Shown here: one piece after another, positions 9,013 to 13,241 of the stretch | Layout: each line of letters begins with the position of its first letter | How positions within the stretch are numbered: the stretch's first letter is position 1 | Program-made: the position numbers and the translations under genes | NCBI GenBank assembly: GCA_016926735.1 | Contig: JAFGOA010000160.1 | Location: 1 to 13,241 of the forward strand | Length of the DNA stretch: 13,241 nucleotides | Source: Promethearchaeota archaeon | Lineage (GTDB): Archaea; Asgardarchaeota; Lokiarchaeia; Sigyniarchaeales; SOKP01 | Direction: 5' to 3' | The notes under the pieces: generated by a model | What the model saw: only the letters and a program-made list of their open reading frames with translations | The model's database searches: none | What the model was told of the DNA's origin: nothing

Positions 9013-10167
9013 ATGGACGGATTAATTCTCTGCAGATTCGATCAAACTATTGGACCAATTGTTCTTCTCAAATATCCTGAGAATTTGGAAGATAAAATAA
9101 TGCAGAAGTTTTCATCATTGATGGATCTGCATGAAAGTGGGTTTTTTATCCACACTTTTGATACATATCAAGGTATAAATAGAATTTTTGAAGTTCCAAG
9201 TGATTTAGCTCGAGGTCACAGAGAAATATTACAAATTTCTATGATTTTTGGAATTAATACTAAAGTAGATACTCAATTTACACGAGATTTTTTAGAAAAA
9301 TTCACAGTAGCAATTAAAAATATAGAAAAATTATATAAAGCTTTTTATAATAATGAAATTGCCGAAAATAAAAATAAACTGGATGAGTTAAAAAATATTT
9401 TTCATACTTTCTATGAATCAGCAAATTCTGCATTAAATGCTATTAAAAATATAGAATTAAAATATCAGACTCTTTTTGAGAAAGCTAGAGATGCTATAGT
9501 AATATTTGATTTAATTTCTGGTAATGTTATTGATATCAATATTGAGGCTGAATCAATATTAGGAGAAGATAGAAAGACAATATTAGAAGCGAATATTACT
9601 AAATACTTTTTTGTAAAGGATTATGAAAATTTCTATAATAATATTCTTGAACTTATATCAGGCGAACAAATTGAACTTCTAGAAATGGAATTAAAAAAAA
9701 AAATGAATAAAACCATAATAGTTGAAATTAGTGCAAGTAATATTATTATTGGTGAACAAAAATTTATACAATTGATAATTAGAGATATTTCTAAGAGAAA
9801 ATTATTGGAATCAAGGTTGAAAGAGAGAGTTAAAGAATTAAATTCATTATATAGAATAACAAAACTAATGGAATTAGATAAAATTTCTCTTGAAGTAATA
9901 TTTAACGAAGCTATTGAAATAATATTATCTGCATTAGAAGAACCCGAATATTCTTGTGTTAAAATACGATATAATGAGAAAAATTGGACTTCTGAAGATT
10001 TTAAAGAAACACAATGGAAAATCTCTACACATATTCAAATAAAAAATTCTGTTTTAGATATTGAAGTATTTTATTTTAAAGAAAAAAAAATTGTTGGAGA
10101 AAAATTAGAATTTATCTATGAAATGGCAGAAAGATTAAAAGGATTACTTCAAAATAAAATAGAATAA
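9013..10167 (+). CDS. Longin/uDENN-like + PAS + GAF-like sensor protein
   Basis: N-terminus LILCRFDQTIGPIVLLKYP ... PSDLARGHREILQISM (longin/uDENN-like). Central PAS: YQTLFEKARDAIVIFD..N..AESILG..VEISAS..IIRDISKRK. C-terminal LKERVKELNSLY...GAF-like domain. SD AAGGAG at 8995-9000. Confidence 0.8.
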   Translation: MDGLILCRFDQTIGPIVLLKYPENLEDKIMQKFSSLMDLHESGFFIHTFDTYQGINRIFEVPSDLARGHREILQISMIFGINTKVDTQFTRDFLEKFTVAIKNIEKLYKAFYNNEIAENKNKLDELKNIFHTFYESANSALNAIKNIELKYQTLFEKARDAIVIFDLISGNVIDINIEAESILGEDRKTILEANITKYFFVKDYENFYNNILELISGEQIELLEMELKKKMNKTIIVEISASNIIIGEQKFIQLIIRDISKRKLLESRLKERVKELNSLYRITKLMELDKISLEVIFNEAIEIILSALEEPEYSCVKIRYNEKNWTSEDFKETQWKISTHIQIKNSVLDIEVFYFKEKKIVGEKLEFIYEMAERLKGLLQNKIE

Positions 10168-10336
10168 TTTATTTCTTATATCATCATATAAAATCATTAT
10201 ACTAATTACTTATTATTTGTGTTTTTTTTTCTTAATTTTGGAAATGAAGCTCCAGTTCGCTTCTTGTATTCTTTATAGGGCTCTCCAAATCGTTTTATTA
10301 GATCTTTTTCTTCAAAATAAATCATAATAGGAGTAT

Positions 10337-10342
10337 AAATAA
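10337..10342. repeat. Target-site duplication, left copy (AAATAA)
   Basis: Directly abuts the CAAC terminus and is identical to 10983-10988. Confidence 0.8.
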
Positions 10343-10423
10343 CAACCTTCAAATTATTTATAAAAATCTGGTAATTTCTACAACAATCACCAATTTCTAT
10401 TCTAATTATTAATCTTTTTTCTC

Positions 10424-10453
10424 AAAAAGACCAGCCCTAAGGTTATTAGGCTG
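10424..10453 (-). terminator. Hairpin plus T-tract inside the element
   Basis: Minus strand CAGCCTAA-TAACC-TTAGGGCTG followed by GTCTTTTT. It overlaps the TAA ending the remnant ORF fragment. Confidence 0.5.
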
Positions 10454-10838
10454 TTCGCTCATCACTGAGTTCAAAACATACATCATCGATCGTATCTATA
10501 GTACTCTCTCCGAAGTTTTGAAGGATGTTATCCCGCAATACTTATATGTATAATAAATGTTATAGTATTCTAAGGAGGGACTATTCTTTTTCAAACAAGG
10601 CTCAAAATCCTTGACTTGTGAGAATACCCATATAGAATAAATTGGAATAGATTTCAAACATCTATCATCCTTCTAAGTATACACATAAATATTTTGATAT
10701 CAATAAAGGAATAAGTTATGTGATCGTGAGTATTAATGAGGAGTGTAATTGTAAGAGGAATTGTTGGCAGTATTTATCGTTGAGACGTTTTATTCTAAGA
10801 TATTCAGCTCCAATGATTTTATTTTCGATACTTGTGTT

Positions 10839-10926
10839 ATCATCTCCCTTGTTATTTTATAATATAATATATGAATTACTTTTATTTTAAGCGAGATTGA
10901 TATTTAAAATAAGGGAGAGAGATGAT
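10839..10926 (-). promoter_or_regulatory. Long inverted repeat pairing with the SD+ATG of the element's remnant ORF
   Basis: Arms at 10839-10865 and 10900-10926. On the minus strand, ATCATCTCTCTCCCTTATTTTAAATAT pairs with ATATTATAAAATAACAAGGGAGATGAT, which contains AAGGGAG-ATG (ATG at 10843). Confidence 0.6.
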
Positions 10927-10982
10927 TTTTTTGATTTGTATAAAAAATTATAAAGTTTTTATAAAATTTCAGTGAAGAGTTG

Positions 10983-10988
10983 AAATAA
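10983..10988. repeat. Target-site duplication, right copy (AAATAA)
   Basis: Directly follows the GTTG terminus and is identical to 10337-10342. Confidence 0.8.
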
Positions 10989-11730
10989 TAAAAAATATTG
11001 ATAATAAAATTATAAATCATGAATTAACAATAAATCCGAATGCGATAAACATTGAAAATTCTCCTAATGTTTGGGGATACCTAATATATTTATAAATTCC
11101 TCCATACATTTGAGTCTCCTTTGAAGGTGAAAGAGTATCTGAACCCGCATCTGAGACTCTTTTTATCATTATCAACATTAAAGGAATCATTACAATAACA
11201 AATATAATAACTCCAATCCACATATTTTTATTTATTATCCATCCTTGTACAATTGGAAGAGGAAACCATATCCATAAAAAAAAATTAATTATAACAATAA
11301 ATTCAAAAAGACCAGAAAGCATTCGAACTTTTTCACAATATTTCCAAGCTTTTTCTCCCATTTTTTCTTTTTTTTTCATAGGTTGTATGCTGAGAGTATA
11401 AAAATATCCTATAAAAGCAAATGAAATTAATATTGATATGAAATTTATAATTTCTATGATTATATTAATCACCTTTTTTTATTTTGCTAATATTTATTTT
11501 TCAATTCTGAAAAATTAAACATCTATTTAAAGATAATTGAAAATAAAATGATAAAATTCAATTTTTTTTGTAATATACTAAAAAAATCACATCACTTATT
11601 TGAACTAAACTTAAAATATATTTTTCTTTTTTACATAATTCTTGATTAAATTTAATAAAACCTAATAAATTTGAAGAATTTTTTAGAAATATAATTTTTA
11701 ATTTTAAAATATTTTTAGAAAAGAGTAAAT

Positions 11731-13146
11731 ATGGAAAAATGTGACTTAGTGGTTATGAAATTTGGTGGATCTTGTTTACAAGATATTGAATCATTTTCTC
11801 AAACTACCAAAATTATTAAAAAATATCTAAAGGAATCAAAAATCATTATTGTAACTTCTGCTTTTAAAGGTATCACCGATAAATTAATAGATTTTTATAA
11901 TAAATCTTGTAAGGATGTTAATTCATGCGCAGAGGTTATTGAAGATATTAAACAAATTCATTTGAAATTTATAAATGATAATATCAACAAAGAAACACCA
12001 GAGTATAAAGATTCTTTAGAATTTTTTGAATTGAATCTAAAAGATCTTGTTCAATTAGGAAGGGTCATTCGCCTTTTACGTCCAAGCTTAGACCTTCAAG
12101 ATTTGATAATATCTTATGGAGAAAAACTAAGTACCTACATTGTAAATCAATATTTAAATTCTATAGGAATTTCCTCAAAATTTCTCTCTTCTGATGAATT
12201 AATATTAACTGATAATAATTTTGGGAATGCACTTCCTTTATTGGAAGAAACTGAATCTATTATACAAAAGAGACTATCACCAATTATTAAATCTGATACT
12301 AATCATATTATATGTGTTACGGGTTTTTATGGATCTACTAAGGATAAGAAAATAACTACACTAGGTCGTGGAGGGACAGATTTAACAGCAGCTATAATGG
12401 CTTATAGTCTTTCTTCATTATTTAAATGTAAGGTAATATATTGGAAAGATGTTCAAGGGTTTTTAGATGCTGATCCACGAATAGCAGAACAAGCTTCTCT
12501 ATTACATCAAATATCATATTTAGAAGCAAAAGAACTCGCCTTTTTCGGCTCTAAAGTATTACATCCTCTTTGTCTGGATGTAAATGAAAAAGGGAATATT
12601 CCTTCTGAGATACGACCATTTAATGATCCAGAATCTAATGATTATACAAAAATTACAAAAGAAATAATAAAAGGAGAAAGAATTATCAAAGCAATTACTT
12701 CTATTCAAAGATTATCGATGGTAACTATTGAAAGTGGTACAATGATTTCTTTACCTGGAACTGTGGCAAAACTTTTTAATTTATTAGCTGAAAATAATAT
12801 AAATATAAAATTTATTTCACAAAGCTCCTCTGAAAATAATATTACAATTGGTATTGATTTTGAGGATTCTATGAAAATAAGCTATCTCTTAAGAAACTCG
12901 GATTGGTTTGGTAAACAATGGTTTAGCATAAAAATTGATAACGACATATCTTTAATTGCTGTAATCGGTGCTGCTATGCTCCATACTCCTGGTATCGCGG
13001 GTAAAATATTTACAGTGCTTGGAGAACAAAATATTAATATAAGAGCAATTTCACAAGGATCCTCTGAACTTAATATTACGATTATAATTGAAAGAGATCA
13101 TTGTAAAAAAGCTGTAAATATATTATATAATGCTTTTATCAGTTGA
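11731..13146 (+). CDS. lysC: Aspartate kinase with two C-terminal ACT domains
   Basis: VMKFGGS, VTSA, SYGEKLS, TGF, TTLGRGGTDLTAA, DADPRI, ELAFFGSKVLHP. ACT motifs: MISLPGTVAKLF..ISQSSSE and MLHTPGIAGKIF..ISQGSSE. Confidence 0.96.
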   Translation: MEKCDLVVMKFGGSCLQDIESFSQTTKIIKKYLKESKIIIVTSAFKGITDKLIDFYNKSCKDVNSCAEVIEDIKQIHLKFINDNINKETPEYKDSLEFFELNLKDLVQLGRVIRLLRPSLDLQDLIISYGEKLSTYIVNQYLNSIGISSKFLSSDELILTDNNFGNALPLLEETESIIQKRLSPIIKSDTNHIICVTGFYGSTKDKKITTLGRGGTDLTAAIMAYSLSSLFKCKVIYWKDVQGFLDADPRIAEQASLLHQISYLEAKELAFFGSKVLHPLCLDVNEKGNIPSEIRPFNDPESNDYTKITKEIIKGERIIKAITSIQRLSMVTIESGTMISLPGTVAKLFNLLAENNINIKFISQSSSENNITIGIDFEDSMKISYLLRNSDWFGKQWFSIKIDNDISLIAVIGAAMLHTPGIAGKIFTVLGEQNINIRAISQGSSELNITIIIERDHCKKAVNILYNAFIS

Positions 13147-13241
13147 AATACCATTCCCTGAAGGAAATGGATTCGTAGTCCCTATGATTCAATTACAATC
13201 GTAGACACTACAGGATAGTTCTCTACCCTTATATCATCAAT
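13143..13241 (-). mobile_element. Right end of an IS200/IS605 (IS1341/TnpB-type) element with omegaRNA-like structure; probably continues past the window edge
   Basis: Minus strand ...GAAT-CCATTTCC-TTCA-GGGAATGG-TAT-TTCAA: a GAAT guide tetranucleotide, subterminal hairpin and TCAA terminus, as at the IS608 right end. Preceded by two more hairpins. GC content is visibly higher than the surrounding intergenic DNA. Confidence 0.75.

Larger units (their letters stand above)
10343..10982 (-). mobile_element. 640-bp non-autonomous IS-derived (MITE-like) element
   Basis: Imperfect TIRs: CAACCTTCAAATTATTTATAAAAA (10343-10366) and the reverse complement of 10956-10982, CAACTCTTCACTGAAATTTTATAAAAA. 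Flanked by AAATAA direct repeats. Removing the element and one repeat restores the host reading frame (IFFIIYTPIM). No intact transposase. Confidence 0.85.
10206..11472 (-). pseudogene. Isoprenylcysteine carboxyl methyltransferase (ICMT/STE14/PEMT) family membrane methyltransferase, disrupted
   Basis: The 5' part (11472-10983) reads ...GGIYKYIRYPQTLGE...VNS*FIILLSIFFII. The 3' part (10336-10206) reads YTPIMIYFEEKDLIKRFGEPYKEYKKRTGASFPKLRKKNTNNK*, with the family EE..L..RFG..Y..Y motif. It has an internal TGA at 11019-11017 plus a 640-bp insertion. Confidence 0.9.

Noticed and set aside
10429-10470. GACCAGCCCTAAG resemblance to IscB omegaRNA/HEARO
   Set aside because: Only a short motif match, with no GTCAA start or iscB ORF. 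It is better explained as the minus-strand terminator hairpin.
10343-10982. Insert as a group I, group II or bulge-helix-bulge intron
   Set aside because: TIRs and a TSD point to DNA transposition. No GUGYG 5' end or domain V was seen, and the host gene shows decay, implying it is not restored by splicing.
11017-11019. In-frame TGA as selenocysteine or recoded Trp
   Set aside because: It sits in a transmembrane segment with no redox motif, the gene is also broken by an insertion, and TGA serves as a stop in lysC. A nonsense mutation is simpler.
1-13241. CRISPR array, tRNA or rRNA genes
   Set aside because: No repeat-spacer periodicity or GC-rich cloverleaf/rRNA-like segments were seen.

Overview
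Very AT-rich archaeal window, most likely from an Asgard (Lokiarchaeia-like) genome. This assignment is inferred from the archaeal/eukaryotic-type TyrRS, a long stand-alone LRR protein and a longin/uDENN-like protein. Housekeeping genes are ppdK, tyrS, a class V PLP aminotransferase, a U32-family Fe-S protein and lysC. The most interesting items are: (1) a 384-aa protein fusing a folliculin/NPR2/DENN-like longin domain to PAS and GAF-like sensor domains with no kinase output; (2) an ICMT/STE14-family methyltransferase pseudogene split by a 640-bp non-autonomous IS-derived element (imperfect TIRs, 6-bp AAATAA target duplication, RBS-sequestering hairpin, terminator) that the ORF track misses; (3) at the window end, the right end and omegaRNA-like scaffold of an IS200/IS605-type element on the minus strand, whose terminal TCAA supplies the lysC stop codon. 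All calls come from reading the sequence by eye; no searches were run.
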